NCBI RefSeq assembly: GCF_009914755.1
Contig: NC_060932.1
From: the human T2T-CHM13v2.0 reference genome, Homo sapiens
Reading direction: 5' to 3' (one strand)
Length of the DNA: 64,000 nt
How positions within the stretch are numbered: the stretch's first letter is position 1; every line of letters begins with the position of its first letter. The notes below the pieces were generated by a model. It searched no databases. It saw only the letters and a list, made by a program, of their open reading frames with translations, and was not told the origin of the DNA. The translations under genes were made by a program, and so were the position numbers. Shown here one piece after another: positions 1 to 14,389 of the stretch.

Positions 1-360
1 TAGACTGGTGGTTGACAGGGGTTGGGGGGAAGGATAAATGGGGAGTGTATAAAGTTACAGTTATATAAGACGAATATATTCTAGGTATCAGTTTTACAAC
101 CTAATGCCTATAGTTAACAGCATGGTGCTGTGCCCTTACAATTTTGTTAAGAGGGTAGATCTCATGTTAAGTGCTCTTACTACAAAGAAAGCAAAGAGAC
201 ACCAGGGAAAATTCTGGAGATAATGGATATATTTATTACCTTGATTGTAGTGATGGTATCTTGGGCATATGCTTATGTCCAAACTCATCAGATTGTATAC
301 ATTAAATATGTACAGTTTTCTTGTATATCAATTACATCCCAATAAAGATGTAAAAATAAA
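1..360 (+). mobile_element. Old L1 (L1MB-like) 3' end fragment
   Basis: L1M 3'UTR motifs (gttaagagggtagatct, ccttgattgtagtgatgg, caaactcatcagattgtatacattaaatatgt) ending in aataaag plus an A-rich tail. Confidence 0.8.
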
Positions 361-1344
361 GAAAAAGATGATTCAAATAAAATAAAATGTGATTAATTCA
401 TAAAAAATAACAACTGAATGTTAAGGTATTTAAAAAAGGCCTATTTTTCAAGTATTATGTTGAAATTTTGGTGAATATTTTGATGTAGGCATTGTCTAAA
501 TTAATTTTCAACTATTTTTAGGAATGGTACTATTTTTTGAGCCAGGTATTTCTCTTCTTGCATCACCTCAAAATGCTTACTGAAAAGAAAAAATCTGTGG
601 TACTACAGAAAAGAATGGGGAATGAGCCTGAATTATTTTCCAAGGGAACATGTTCTACCTGATGAATCTAATCTTCCATGACAGGGTGATTCTGTTTAAA
701 GATGGGAAGATAGTGACAGGTGTAATATATCTTGACTTGAGCAAAGTTTGGATTCTCTACTGCATGACACATGGGTTTCATATTAAAAATATATTGTAAG
801 TTACAAATGCTAGGTACATACCTAGTCATGTTTTTTCTTGGATAATATTTTGTGTTTGAAAGTTGTTTTCTAAAATGATGGACTGAAATGTTGGAATGTT
901 AGAAACCAGAAGTCATCTTCAGCTCCTCCTTCACTTTGGCTTACCTTACCTTTTGGCCCTCAAATTCAGTGAATTCTACTATGAAGGATGCTAGCTGAAT
1001 TTCATAGTGTGTAAACACTGCATGACACCACGATTTTGAGCCTTGGTTATGAGGTTAGAGGTTAGATATGAGGTATCTAAAATAGTCAAACTTACAGAAG
1101 CAGAAAATAGACTGCTGGTTGACAGGGGTTGGGAGGAAGGATATATACTATCCTAAGAGAAAAACCTAAATCCTCATTTTTTACATAAAGCTTTCTCTCT
1201 GTCAGTTAGAAAAACGTCTTCTATTGGAATTTTAAAAAACCATTCTTTCTTATGACAGTCTTAAACCATTGGAAGTAGTTTGGTTTTTATGCAGAACACT
1301 GGAGAATTTGAACATGTTAATAATATTGTTTTTTTATTTTTTAT

Positions 1345-3110
1345 CAGGATCACTCTGGTAACTCATGAGAATAAAAAATAAGATGCAAGGACAAAAGAAA
1401 AAGGAGTAGACAGGATCCCATTGTAGTGACATAGGGAGGAGATGGTGGGGCCTGTAGCAGGTGAGCAGCAGTAGAGTAAGACGTGGTCAGATTCTGGATG
1501 TATTCTCAAGGCAGCACTAACAGAATTTGCTGCTTTATGGGACATGGTGTATGATGAAAATAACATAATTTAGAATGATCCCAATGTTATTGGTCTGAAT
1601 AACTAGAAAATTGGAGTTGGTGTTAACTGAGATAGGGTAAACCTGGAAAGCTAATATTTAGCGTAGAGATGGGGAGTTCAGATTTAGACTTGTGACACAT
1701 GAGTAACCCAGATGTGCAACTGGAAATTTTGAGTGAGTCATTATATACAGAAGGCTGACAGTAAGGAGAGAGGTCTGGTCTGGAAATAAAATGGTTTGGA
1801 AATAAAATTTGGGATTTGCCAGTGTTATATACTATGTGAAGCCTTGTGACAGGTTAAGATAACACAGGGAGTGGGTGTAGAGAAAGGAAGAGACCATAAG
1901 ACTGATATCTGATGTACTCTGGTGTTCAGAAGTTGCAGAATGAGAATAATATAGAAAAGGGGGCTGAGAAATAGTTAAGAGAAAGGCAATGATGTGTGCT
2001 GCAGGAAGACAGTGGATGTGTAGCACCTCAGAGCTAAGTATAGAATATGTTCAAGGAGTAGAGAGGATTAACAGGTCGAGTATTCTTTAAAGATACAATA
2101 AGGTATGCATTAGGACATGATCATTAGGTTGCACAACATGTCAGTCCTTGATGATCCTGGCAGAAGAAGTTTGGTGGAAAGTGACAATTAAAACCTTATT
2201 GAATTGAGTTTAAAGAATGGGCATAGAGGAATTGGTGACAATGAGTGTATAGACACTTTTAAAGAGGATATTTTCAATGTATGGGAACAGAAAATGGGGT
2301 GGTCGCTGAGAAGGAGTAAGATCAAGAATGTGTATTTTAAGGGCTAAAAATAAGAGCATGTTTGCATATACTGATAGCAGTAATCTAGTGGAATAAGAAC
2401 AAAAATAATCATATAAGATTAAAGGAGTAGAAATGCCAGAGCAATATCCATGGGTGGAAAAGAATGGAAGGGATCATGGACACAAATGGAAAGTTGAACT
2501 GACACAAACATGGCAACAGGAGAGATATCACAGCCTATGGCTACAGATTCTGGTAGCAGGCAGTGTGAATGTGTTGAATTGTTCTTCTGGTTTCTTCTGT
2601 TTTCTTGGTGTAAAAGGATGTAAGGGTAAAGATGAATGAAGTGGATGTATATAGTTTGAGAAAAGACAAGGTGATTTGATATAATGTCTATGCAAATGAT
2701 AGAGTGAGTAAAAAGGAAAATGATGACATTTGGGGTGTCCTGTGGCCCGCTTGAAGTCCATGGTTAGGAATTCAAGTTGTAACTAATCATCATAGTTATG
2801 TGTAGCAGTGTTCCCCACCCCAGTCACATTCAGCTGCATGTATACAAAAGCAGAGTAACAGAAATTTGGATTTAACTAATTGGGTGCTTTTCCTCAAAAC
2901 AAATAAGAAAGAAAGGATGAAGAAATTGGAAGGTTGATGCAAGGGAGTGATTATAATAATTGCCTATGGAAACTAAACTGGGTACACAGGGCAGAGGACT
3001 CCGTGAGGGTGAGGGATGGTGCAAAGCTGGTAATGCTGATGGATTGTAGGTTCTGATGTGTTGCATGATCGTTGGGGTTGGGAGTCATTCAGAAAGACAG
3101 ATGCTGGAAT
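1345..3110 (-). mobile_element. LINE2 (L2) fragments
   Basis: L2 antisense motifs such as tggtcagattctggatgtatt and aactgagatagggta; purine-rich and degenerate; boundaries approximate. Confidence 0.7.
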
Positions 3111-3234
3111 TGGGTATGTCAAGGCTCATTCTAGGTCATCTAAAGAAATGTAAAAGGGGGAATGACACCGTTCCCTGTGTTTCATGGTCTGATAGGAAGG
3201 AGTAAACCTAATATGTGAGGGAAATAAAGGAGTT

Positions 3235-3440
3235 ATTAGTACTTAATGTATCCCACCTTGTGCCAGGAACTTTCTATGCAGTATTTCATTTATATCTTGC
3301 AAAAGTGCCAGTGATCTAACTATTACCATTTCTGGGTTACAGAAAAGGAAGTTGAATCTCAGGAACTTGCCTAGTGTTGGCAGACACAGAAAGATTCAAA
3401 CCTTAGTGTTCTGATTTCACAAATCTTTATTTTTATCACT
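3235..3440 (-). mobile_element. MIR SINE
   Basis: Antisense MIR core (tgtgccagg...acagaaaaggaagttga...aacttgcc...gattcaaacc). Confidence 0.6.
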
Positions 3441-3661
3441 AAGCCTGAGTAGATAAGTCCAAGGTATTATTATCAATGGAAAGAATAGCAAACTCACTAG
3501 ACCTTTCTTTTAATGAGGGGCTTTAAATTATTTCAGTGGTATACCTTATGGTAGGTAAGTCGTTAATGCATTCTCTTTGTGGCATGATTTAACATAGTAA
3601 GAAACAGCTCATAGAATGTATGTGTATTACGGTATCACTTATATTTTAAAACACCAATAGC

Positions 3662-3664
<3 letters not shown>

Positions 3665-3697
<33 letters not shown>
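3665..3697. repeat. (TG)n microsatellite
   Basis: Directly visible. Confidence 0.95.
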
Positions 3698-3699
<2 letters not shown>

Positions 3700-5296
3700 T
3701 TATAAATTCAAATATACAGTATCTAGAAGAATGCACAATAAGTTATTAATAGAAATTTTATCTAGCTAGAAAATTAAGGCTAGGGTATGTAATAAAGAGA
3801 TGAATTTACTTTTTGTTATGTGTGTTATTTTTCCAAAATCTGAAAATACATTAGAATAAATATGAAGGGGATGGATGTATAATGGGGTGTTTTTGATTTC
3901 TCAGTAAGTCAATAACGTTAGACAGAATCCAGGATTATTCAGTCTAACCAAATATTAGAATTGATGATTGGTATTATAATTTAGTTACGGGAAACCAAAT
4001 CTATTTGTAAGAGTGTTTCTACCTACACTTTTTGGACCTCAGTATTCTCAAATACACAGTGAAAGAGGAATGAGATAACACCTATATTCTTTGATGTAGG
4101 TGTTGAAAAATATACTGATGATCAAGCCCAAAAGTTTGCATTCTAATAATTCCTTTGATCCTGACTTGTGGAGCAGTTTGGAAGAAATTTCACTTTTTTT
4201 TCTTTTGTCTTTAGTCTTACTATTGGGAAAATGAAAGACTTGAATTAGATCAGCAGTTTTCTGCTTGGCTTCAAGCTACCTTAATCAGCAATTACCTTGG
4301 ATAAGTTCCCTCATCTTTATAAGCTTCAAGTTCTCATGTTTAAAATTGATGGAAAAATGATTTCTTTGCAAGATTACTGTGAGGATAACACAAAATAATA
4401 CAGAATAATATTCTTTATGAAAGAATAAAGAGCAATATTGTCCCTGAGTGAAAGTTTAATGAACAGAGTTCCAGGATTACAGCAGAAGGCAACTTAATGA
4501 ACATTTTGCTTTTTCCACATCCCCATTGGGCTTCTCTTTGAGGATGTGGCACTTTAGCCAGGGCTTCATGGAGTCTACCGTGTTAGGGCAGAAGGAGGAC
4601 ATGGAGGCATTCAGCAGAGGAACATGTGTGAACTGTTAATCAGAAGAAGAGGCTTGTTTAAATTTCAGTTTATTTCAATGCCAAAATCTCCCTTTTAGAT
4701 GAATACAAACTCAAATTTGAAACAAGACAAAAAGAGTTTAAGGGTCAAAGCTGCTTCACCATTTCTCCTTTTCTTTAATAAGCAAATCTTGATTACACAT
4801 AATCCTTGAGTAACGCAAGGTCATAATTCATTGATGGGTCCCTAATATGATGGGAAAAGCTGACTTTGAGATTATTGAATTTGTAAGACATAATATAATG
4901 AGTAGGAAAGCAGAGATGAAAAATGGGTCTCTCTTTTCCCAAAATGAGCCAAGATTTTTTTCCTCAGCTCACACTTATAAGCATTTTATGTTTCCATTAT
5001 AATTTTTACTACCCTATTAGGAGACAGTTATTCATGACAGGGAATTTGAGTAACTATTATGGAGTCTCTTCAGGTACACCAATATCTCATAGTCCTCCAG
5101 CTTCCTTGGTGAGCTCACTCCCTGCAGTCTTCAGTAAATACTTTAAATGCAACCTTGATTGTAGCCTTGAGATTTCCTGGAAACTTTCTTGGATGAGTTA
5201 CAATGCATGAGCAGAGAAAAGCACTTCTAAATCTGGCAGCAGTGGTAAGTGTGGAAGGTGTGGAAGTGTGGAAGGTGGCAGGCATTATAGGCATTA

Positions 5297-5680
<384 letters not shown>

Positions 5681-5984
5681 TTATGTGTAAGCTGAACTGG
5701 TTTTTCCTTGATTGTTTTCACAGATTAATATGAAATAAAGTAAAACAAAGAGGATCTCTCAAGATCACTTCTCTTTCTTCTCTTTCTACCACAAAGCCTA
5801 AAGCCCTCCTGTAAGATAAATAGGAGTAAAACCTCCAAATGTGAACAAACCATTGGAGAGGTCAGTTTGACTGGGATGCAACCAAGTGCTGGCTATAAAG
5901 ATGGGTACTAAAGATATGGACCCTATCTTTGTAGAGTTTGAACCCTAGTGCGGGTCATCAGAAAAAAAAAATCCAAAATAGAGG

Positions 5985-6460
5985 TATTAAATATCTGTTG
6001 TTGCTGTGGGTAATTACTGCAGAATTAGGGACTTATAACACAAATGTATTTTCTTACTGTTTTTGGAGGTCAGAAATCAGAAGTGGGTTTCACTGGGTTA
6101 AAATCAAGGTGTTGTCAGCGCTGTGTTCCTTCTGAAAGTTTTAAGAAATAATTTGTTTCCTTGCTTTTTTTCTGTCTAAAGGCTACCTGAGTCCCTTGGT
6201 TCATGGTCCCTTCCTCCATTTTCAAAGCCGTCAATGTGTCATACTCAAATCTCTCCCACTCACTTGCCCCTCTCTTTCTCTTAGAATGAGCCTTGTGATT
6301 ACATTAGACTCATGTTGATGTCAGGGTAATCTCCTCATCTCAAGTTCCTTAATTTAATCTCGTCTCCCAAGACTCTTTTGCATGTAAGGTGACATAGCCA
6401 CATATTCTGTGCATTATGACTTGGACATCTTTGGGAGGCCACTTCTCTGCGTACCACAGT
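5985..6460 (-). mobile_element. MaLR LTR (MLT1C/D-like)
   Basis: MLT1 antisense motifs (ttggaggtcagaa, aaaatcaaggtgttg, ttgtgattacattag, ttggacatctttgggagg). Confidence 0.8.
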
Positions 6461-6544
6461 AGTCTGAAATAAACAGTTCTGATATCAGTAGGGTCTCAGA
6501 AATGGTAGAATGTATCTTCACAGCAGCAGTCAACAAAGGCTTTA

Positions 6545-7000
6545 TTAACTAATTCAGTAAGTGTTAACTTCAGCCTACACCATGACAGACACTGTGCTGG
6601 ACTTTGGCACTGGACTTTGGCACTGTGCTGGATGAGAAGGTGAGAAAAAATAGGCATGATGTCTGCCCACACTGAACTGACAATGTAGTTGGGGTGGCAG
6701 TAAACAGAAGGTCACAAAATCAGCATAAAATTTCACCTATTCTAAGTGTTAGAAAGCAGAATATAGGAGGCGATGAGAATGGATGGTGGTGAATAAGGGA
6801 AGAAGCCATTACAGGCTTTGGGGATCAGAGGCCCTGTGATGAGGAGAGCCTAGCAAGAGTACGGAACTGAGGTCCAGGGACCCTGGTGCTGAGCAGGGGA
6901 GGCATTGGATGAGGCTGGAGAAACGGAGAGCACCGGATCACTCAGGACCTGGTAGGCTATGGCAAGGATTTTAGTCTTCATTCAAAGAAAAAGGGGAAAG
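6545..7000 (-). mobile_element. L2 3' fragment
   Basis: cagacactgtgctgg...tgtctgccc...aaggattttagtcttcattc. Confidence 0.6.
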
Positions 7001-7449
7001 TAATTAAACTGTTTATACCTTGTGTGTATATTTGTATGTATGTAGAGCTAGACTACAAAAAAATAGCATACGGAGAATGACAATGGATCCAGGATGATGG
7101 GGATTTGTTCTATTGAATAATGTTCGAGTTTCACTGCAGAGCTCAGGGCAACAGAGGCAAGGATCATAGACCTTAAAGAATAAGAGGTTAGAGAAGGAAA
7201 TAACTGATATTGACAATAGTGTTTAGGAAAGATTTGTAGAGTAGAATAACATAGAACCTGCACTTAAACTGTTTCAGTCTGTTTAGCATTCATAGTTAGC
7301 ATGTATACATTTAAAACATAACAAAAATAAATATCAAATAGTGAAATACACATTGATTAGAAGCAGAGAAAGAAAAAAATACTTGATTTCAAATGCCAGA
7401 TTTTATTTACCATTTTGATTCATTGTCATATTGTTCAAAATTACATATT

Positions 7450-7760
7450 GTTTCCCTTGGAAGAATAATTGTACTTCCCAACCCTGTGGACATCAGACTT
7501 GACCACACCCCTTTCTTTGACTATATGTAAGGAAACTGTGTAAATCCTGGGCAAACGCTTTAGGAGCCAGCAACCATTTGCCTGCATTGTCCTCCTCCTC
7601 TGCCACAATGTTCCAGATGTTGCTCCATCTAACCAGGTCCTGATGAAAATGACATGAGGAATAGTTCCATCTGACTTGCAAAGAATAAGTGGTATGAGTG
7701 AGAATTGTATGAATACCTTTGTAGATATAAGCAAGTTTTCAAGTTGTTGTTGCGTAATCT
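7450..7760 (+). mobile_element. Old MaLR LTR (MLT1I/J-like)
   Basis: taggagccagc...ctctgccac...atgttccagat...gctccatc motifs. Confidence 0.6.
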
Positions 7761-7769
7761 GTTCTATCC

Positions 7770-7960
7770 CACCTGTTAAAACTGTGTATATTTGGGCAAG
7801 TCATTCAAGTTTCTTCATCTGTGAAATGAGGATGCAGGTTCTGCTTTAAAAATTATGAATGTTTACAATTTATGGGTATTTTTGAAGATTAGAGATGTAG
7901 AATTAAAAAAATACATTTCAAAACACCAATACAGAGCCTGACACAGGTAGGTGTTCTATA
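7770..7960 (+). mobile_element. MIR SINE
   Basis: ttgggcaagtca...agtttcttcatctgtgaaatgaggat core. Confidence 0.7.
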
Positions 7961-9288
7961 AAAGTTAATTTTCTACAGCAGTGATTTAAGAGGCATCAAG
8001 AAGTACTAAATTTCATACAGTAGACAGTGAGTATTTGGGGATCTCATTAGAGGAAGATCTTGCTGATATTAGCAAAAGCAACAATGACTAGGGAAGATTT
8101 CCCTGAGCTGAGTTTTGAAGGTTAGTTAACATCTCAATAGACCAACTTTCCTTCTCTTGCTCCATCCCTCCTTGCCTTCCTTCCTCCCTCCTTTCCTTCC
8201 TTCCTTGCTCAGTTCATTTAGATCAAAAGCAATTGGTCGGACCAAAGTAAATAGCCAATAGGATGGAATCCAAACTGGGATTCAAGCCTTGCCCAGTGAT
8301 GACCAGAAATAGCAGTCTGCAAGATCCAGTATTGGGGCAGGATAAAGTGGGTGTAGATGGTCATACAGGAGTTTGAACATATAAGTCAATATATTGGGAA
8401 GGAGAGCTAGCTTTTTACTGACAAGACAGAAGGTAGAACTATGTAAAGAGACTATATGCTGTTCATATCCTGTTTTATTAGATAGATAGACAGATAGATG
8501 ATAGATAGATAGAGAGAGAGAGAGAGACAGAGATAATAAAAGCAATTAGATTTAAAGGGGCATGTGTGTGTTCATGCTCACATGCATGCATATACATATG
8601 TTTCCACTGAGGGAGGCTAGAGACAATGCATCTACAGTAGCAATAAGCTCATATAGCATCATTTAGATCTGGATTTATAAATTCCATGAAGATGCAATGC
8701 TCTATACAAGGAGGCCAGAGATTTAAAAAAGAAAAAACACATTCAGTACCCTGGACAGTTCCCTGTGGTCATACTAGCTAGAAACACATCAAGGTGACAT
8801 CCCCATGCAGCTCTGAGAAGAGTTTCTGACTACCACTTTATTATGCCAGGAGAAGCACTCGTACTACCTACTGGCAAAAATACAATCTGGAAAAGAAACC
8901 ACATCATTCAATGATGACTGAAAAGAACATTATTTCATCTATGAAATATAATTGCATTTCAATGAGAATTAAACAATTTGACTTTTCAAAACATACAAGG
9001 AGGCACAGCCTCTCTAAACTGGAGCAGAAAACCATGACATAAGAAAAATCTAGGACAAAAAGTCAACAGGATGATATAGAAAAGTAAGCTACATGAAAAG
9101 AGAAGAGTCACCCTGGGAACAAAAAAAAAAAGAAAGAAAGAAAGAAAAAACAAACAAACCGAGAGAGTCATAAAATTGTGTAGACTCAAATACTCAAATG
9201 AATAACATGGACAACAAACATGCAAAATACTTCCAGTTTTCAAAGGAAAAGACTGAAATTAAAAACATTAAATCAAATTAGTAACTTA

Positions 9289-9595
<307 letters not shown>

Positions 9596-9739
9596 TTAAA
9601 ATTAGTAATTTAAAGTGTGTGTACAGTAGTAGATTCGGAGATTTAGATGTACAAGATTATAAAATTATGGGGAAATATATTTTCAAACTTGTTAATAAAG
9701 ATAGCTAAAAAAAATTATATATTATTTAAAACATCCAAT

Positions 9740-10370
9740 TGCCACAGAAAACCCTGTGGCTATTGACCAGGGTAACTGCACCAGTAAGAGGGAAATTCCA
9801 ATACTATCTCAGGCACAGGCTCTGAACCATCACTAACGCTGGGCACCAAAATATCACTGGATATCATTGGTCAGTTGGGATTAGAGCAGTCAGATTTTGG
9901 CTTACAACTGACTCTCAGCAGGATAAGTACTTTACTACATTAATGACATTTCTGGGAATCCAGAGTATAATACAAACTGGAATAAGCCTCCTAAATACAG
10001 AGAGAACTTGCTTCCCCTTCACCCCGTACCACTGTGCAAAAGAGGACACAATGTTCCTTGGGTCTTTTTGGACTTTGGAGATAACCATGTACCATAGTTA
10101 AAAATGCTGTTCAGGTCAGTTTCCTGGGTATCTCGTTAGGCTACAAGTTTTCAGGAGGTCATGCAGAAAAGGAAACTCTGCTTTAGCTCTAGAATGTACT
10201 TTAAACTGCCACCTGGATCTTTTGAAACAGCTAAACATAAAAAAGGGTCTCTGGCTGGCCAAAATGCTTTAAGAAGCCTCTGATAAGCTCTGATGGCAGG
10301 TATCAGGGCATATTTCTAGATATTTACACTAAGAGCATGATCTCTTCTGTTGACAAATACTGTTCATCAG
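9740..10370 (+). mobile_element. ERVL internal (protease/pol) remnant
   Basis: accagggtaactgcac, acaggctctgaac and ttttggactttggag resemble ERVL pol; heavily deleted. Confidence 0.6.
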
Positions 10371-10852
10371 TTTTGTTTAGTTTTTTTCTTTGTTTTTTTT
10401 TCTTATTAGAACCCTGTTTTATACACACACCAAGGTGAGAGTTTTATAAGACCTTTCTGTTAGCCATCTAGAGCACAAGAATTTTTAAGACAATAAAAAT
10501 TAATAACTACTCACAATTTTATACTATTTGAATATTTTCCAATTTCTTTGTAGACTTTATATTATGTGTGCCTTATAATAATTCCAAGAATTCAGTTATC
10601 ATCTTTACTTGTTTCACAGATGGAAAAACTAAGGTTCAGAGAAGCTGATTTTTTCTAGGCCATGGAGTAGTAAGTAGCAGGGTGACTAAATGTCCTGTGG
10701 GCAACAGGTATGGCCCATAAACCAGGCACTGCCCATAGAACCTCTTACAGTTGCTTCAGGTTCACATAATGATCTTCATGCTAACATATTATATCCAGGT
10801 AATTTCAAACTCCATTTATTTCACAGATAACTACAATGTTTTTGAAGGTAAG

Positions 10853-11273
10853 TGATATGGTTTGGCTCTGTGTCCCCATCCAAATCTTATCTCAAATTGT
10901 AGTCCCCATAATCCCCACATATCAGGAGGAGGGACCTGGTGAGAGGTGATTGGATCATGGGGGCAGGTTCCCCCATGCTGTTCTCATGATAGTGAGTTCT
11001 CATGCAATTTGATTGTTTTATAAGTGTTTGACACTCTCTCCCTCTCTCTCTCCTTCTCTCTCTCTCCCCCCTCTCTCCTTCTCTTTCTCCTTCTGTCTCT
11101 CTCTCTCTTGCCTGCCACCATGTAAGATGTGCCTGCTTCCCCTTTGACCATGATTGTAACTTTCCTGAGGCCGCCCCAGCCATGCGGAACTGTGAGTCAA
11201 TTAAACATATTTCCTTTATAAATTACTCATTCTTGGGTATTTCTTTATAGCAGCATGAGAATGGACTAATACA
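10853..11273 (+). mobile_element. Solo MaLR LTR (THE1D/MSTA-like)
   Basis: tgatatggtttggct...ggactaataca termini; TSD gtaag/gtgag; internal (CT)n expansion. Confidence 0.92.
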
Positions 11274-12039
11274 GTGAGAGATTTAGAGAATATTGATACA
11301 GTTCAGTTCCTACCTGGAGCTTAAAATATTGGCATCACCAGTGATTTTTATATGAAGTAATGGGGAGAAGAAAGGGGGTTAAATGAATTGACAAAACATG
11401 CATTCTGATTACTGCTTATGTAGCTATTGGGAGGAATGATTTAACAAACCATAGCCTTCTTCTATGATCACTCATTTCATCTTCCCCAGCCCCTCGGACA
11501 GCCTCTCAGTCAGTTGGAATTTCTTCCTGGTGCTGTGGCTGAGGGCTTGATTGACATGAGACTCATATCCTTAGTGGATCTTTCTTTATTGGATTGCCAC
11601 AATTTTCTGTTGACTGATATTTTGGGGAATGAGATTTCTAAGAGACAGCAAAGTGCATTCCTTGGATTTCACACATTGTCTTTCTTGACATGTATGTCTC
11701 TTGACAATGGCGTTTTATTAACAGAATTTCCCCTTGATAATCACAGCCAATCACCCCAGCAAGCACAGCGCCCCTCCTTTCCTCATGGTGATGTAATATC
11801 ATAGGGGGAATAAATGCTTAGGAAGGAGTTTCAGATTCTTATTTAATGAAAGTTTTACTGCAAATTCCGATTACAGCAGTCATCCCTTGGACATCTAAAC
11901 CAATCAAGCATAAGGTTGCATGTATGGGAAACAAAACTCTTGGGAATAATAGAGATAGACTACTCTCTTTTTCCCTCCTTTGACTTTGACACGTGCATGT
12001 GCTTATGGGGAAGAGCACGCTGTAGAATGATGTGACCTC

Positions 12040-12560
12040 CATGGTTTACTGTGTCTCATCTCCAGCCTCACCCTGTATTGCCTGCTCTGTGATAATGGAG
12101 CTAGACTCTGTAAGCATTCTCCTTCACAACTGACACAATGTTAAGCTTTGTCACCACAGGGGGCTGAAGGGACAGTGCAGGAGGAAGGTCAGTAGAGTAG
12201 GCCTCAGACACCTGCAGAATGCAGCAGTCAGCACAGCATGCCACACTTTCCCAGAGGTGACTTCCCCCAGCACACCACCCCCTGGAAGCAGCTTCTATAT
12301 GGGTTCTTTGGTGGAGCACTTCCCTTTGCATGGCTTCCCCTGGAACCCTAGGAGGCAGATTTCCAGTGAATTCCACCAGTGGGCAAATTACCATGACACC
12401 CCAGAAAGCAGCTTCCTGGGGTGCTCCATGGCCTGGTATCTCCCCATGCATGGCTTTCTCTGGTATCTCAAAAGGCAGTTTCCCAGTGAGTTCAGCTAGT
12501 GCAACCCTGGACTTTCCAAATCTAGGGTGACTTGGCCAATGCAATGCTGAGTCCCTGATC
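12040..12560 (+). mobile_element. ERVL-class LTR (LTR40/41-like), partial
   Basis: aagctttgtc...agggacagtgcagg motif and internal degenerate repeats; homologous to 13450-14250. Confidence 0.6.
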
Positions 12561-13050
12561 TGCCAAAAGAAAAGACCATAAATGAGACCCTAATATGACA
12601 CTATTTCTTAGTGGGGGACCACCTAGACACCTGGTAACAGGTTGATTACATTGGTCCTCTTCCTTAATAGAAGCATGTGAGATTTCCTTTCACCAAAATG
12701 GATATGATTTTAGATGTAGATTTTCCTTCTCTGCCTGTACTGCTTCTGCTAGCAGCAGCGTCTGTGAATTCACAGAATGCCTTATTCAGCATCATGACAT
12801 TCCAGACAACATTGTGTATGTTGAAGAAAGAAACCCACTTCATACCAAAGAAGTGCACCAATGGGCTCGTGACTGTGGAATCAACTGGTAACAGAACATA
12901 TATGGGGCACTGTGTGTCTTTGAGGAGTAATTAATTTGGCCAGTTATGGGGGTAATAACTATTGGCAGTGTGCATCCTGACACTTAGAAAGTATGTGAAA
13001 ATGTCCGTACTTGCAAGAAGGATAGCTGTATCTTGCCTGGTGGAAATATA
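12560..13050 (+). mobile_element. ERVL internal (integrase) remnant
   Basis: caggttgattacattgg (QVDYIG), gaatgccttatt, aacccacttcata...aagaagtg. Confidence 0.7.
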
Positions 13051-13062
13051 AAGTTGGTTCAG

Positions 13063-13424
<362 letters not shown>

Positions 13425-13449
13425 CTAAGTAGTCATATGAGAGGACAAT

Positions 13450-14250
13450 GCTGGTTATCAACTTATCGCCTTTCTGCTCCAAACCCATATTTCATTGCCT
13501 ATTCTTTGATAATGGAAATACACCCTATAGATAGATTGAGTTTGTCAGTAGGCACAATGCAAAGCTTTATCTGTATGCAGTCCTAAAGGGACACTGCCGT
13601 TGGATGGGGCTTAGATTCCTGGTTGCAGAATGCCCCTCTTCCTAGACCCTGGCAGCACATGGTAGCCAACAGCCTGCTATACCATCTCATAGGGAGTTTT
13701 GCCCAACCTGCTCTAGGGTGTCTCCCCAGTGCAACACCCGGGAGCATCTGCCCTGCGAATTGCAAGCCTTGGGCTTCTCTGGCACCGAAAAGGAAAGCTT
13801 CTCTGCAAGTTCACGAGTGCAGCATCTTCCCATGGGCAGCTTCCCCAAACCCCTGAAAAATGGCTTCTCGTGATTTCTGTGGTATGGTTACCCACTGTGG
13901 ACAGTCCTTCCCAGTATCCCAGAAGATTTCCAGTGAGCCCCACCAGCGTGACAGCTCCGTGAACTTTTGTGTCATTTGGTGGACTTTGGCTGCATCCTTC
14001 CCAATGAGATCAAGATTTAAGCCCCAGTCAGGGAATGGGGTTCTTACAGATTTGTTCCTCCCCTGGGTGCTCTGCCTCAGCCTTAGTGCTGCTGTCTGCT
14101 TTACATATCTGCCATCGTTGTATTCTTTTTTCTATTTGTTTTTGCCCCCTGTGAGTAATCCCCTATTATAGTTTATAATTATTTACATTAAACTTTGCAC
14201 TTTCAAGATATTGTGTGGTTTCTCTCTCCTGTTTGGGCCCTAACTGATAA
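13450..14250 (+). mobile_element. ERVL-class LTR (LTR40/41-like)
   Basis: Ends attaaac...tgtggtttctctctcctg...ccctaactgata, typical of ERVL LTR 3' ends. Confidence 0.7.
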
Positions 14251-14389
14251 AAACTGCCATTGGTTTAAGGCATATACTTTATTTTGTGGTACAGCACCCC
14301 AGCCTCACAGGATGCTACCTCAAAACTGTGCCCTGAATCTCAGAACCCCATTCCCTCTTTTCATCAAGCCAGTGATTTTGTTTTGAGGC

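Noticed and set aside
12150-12167. CTCF site in the LTR40/41-like element
   Set aside because: Mismatched at core positions of the motif.
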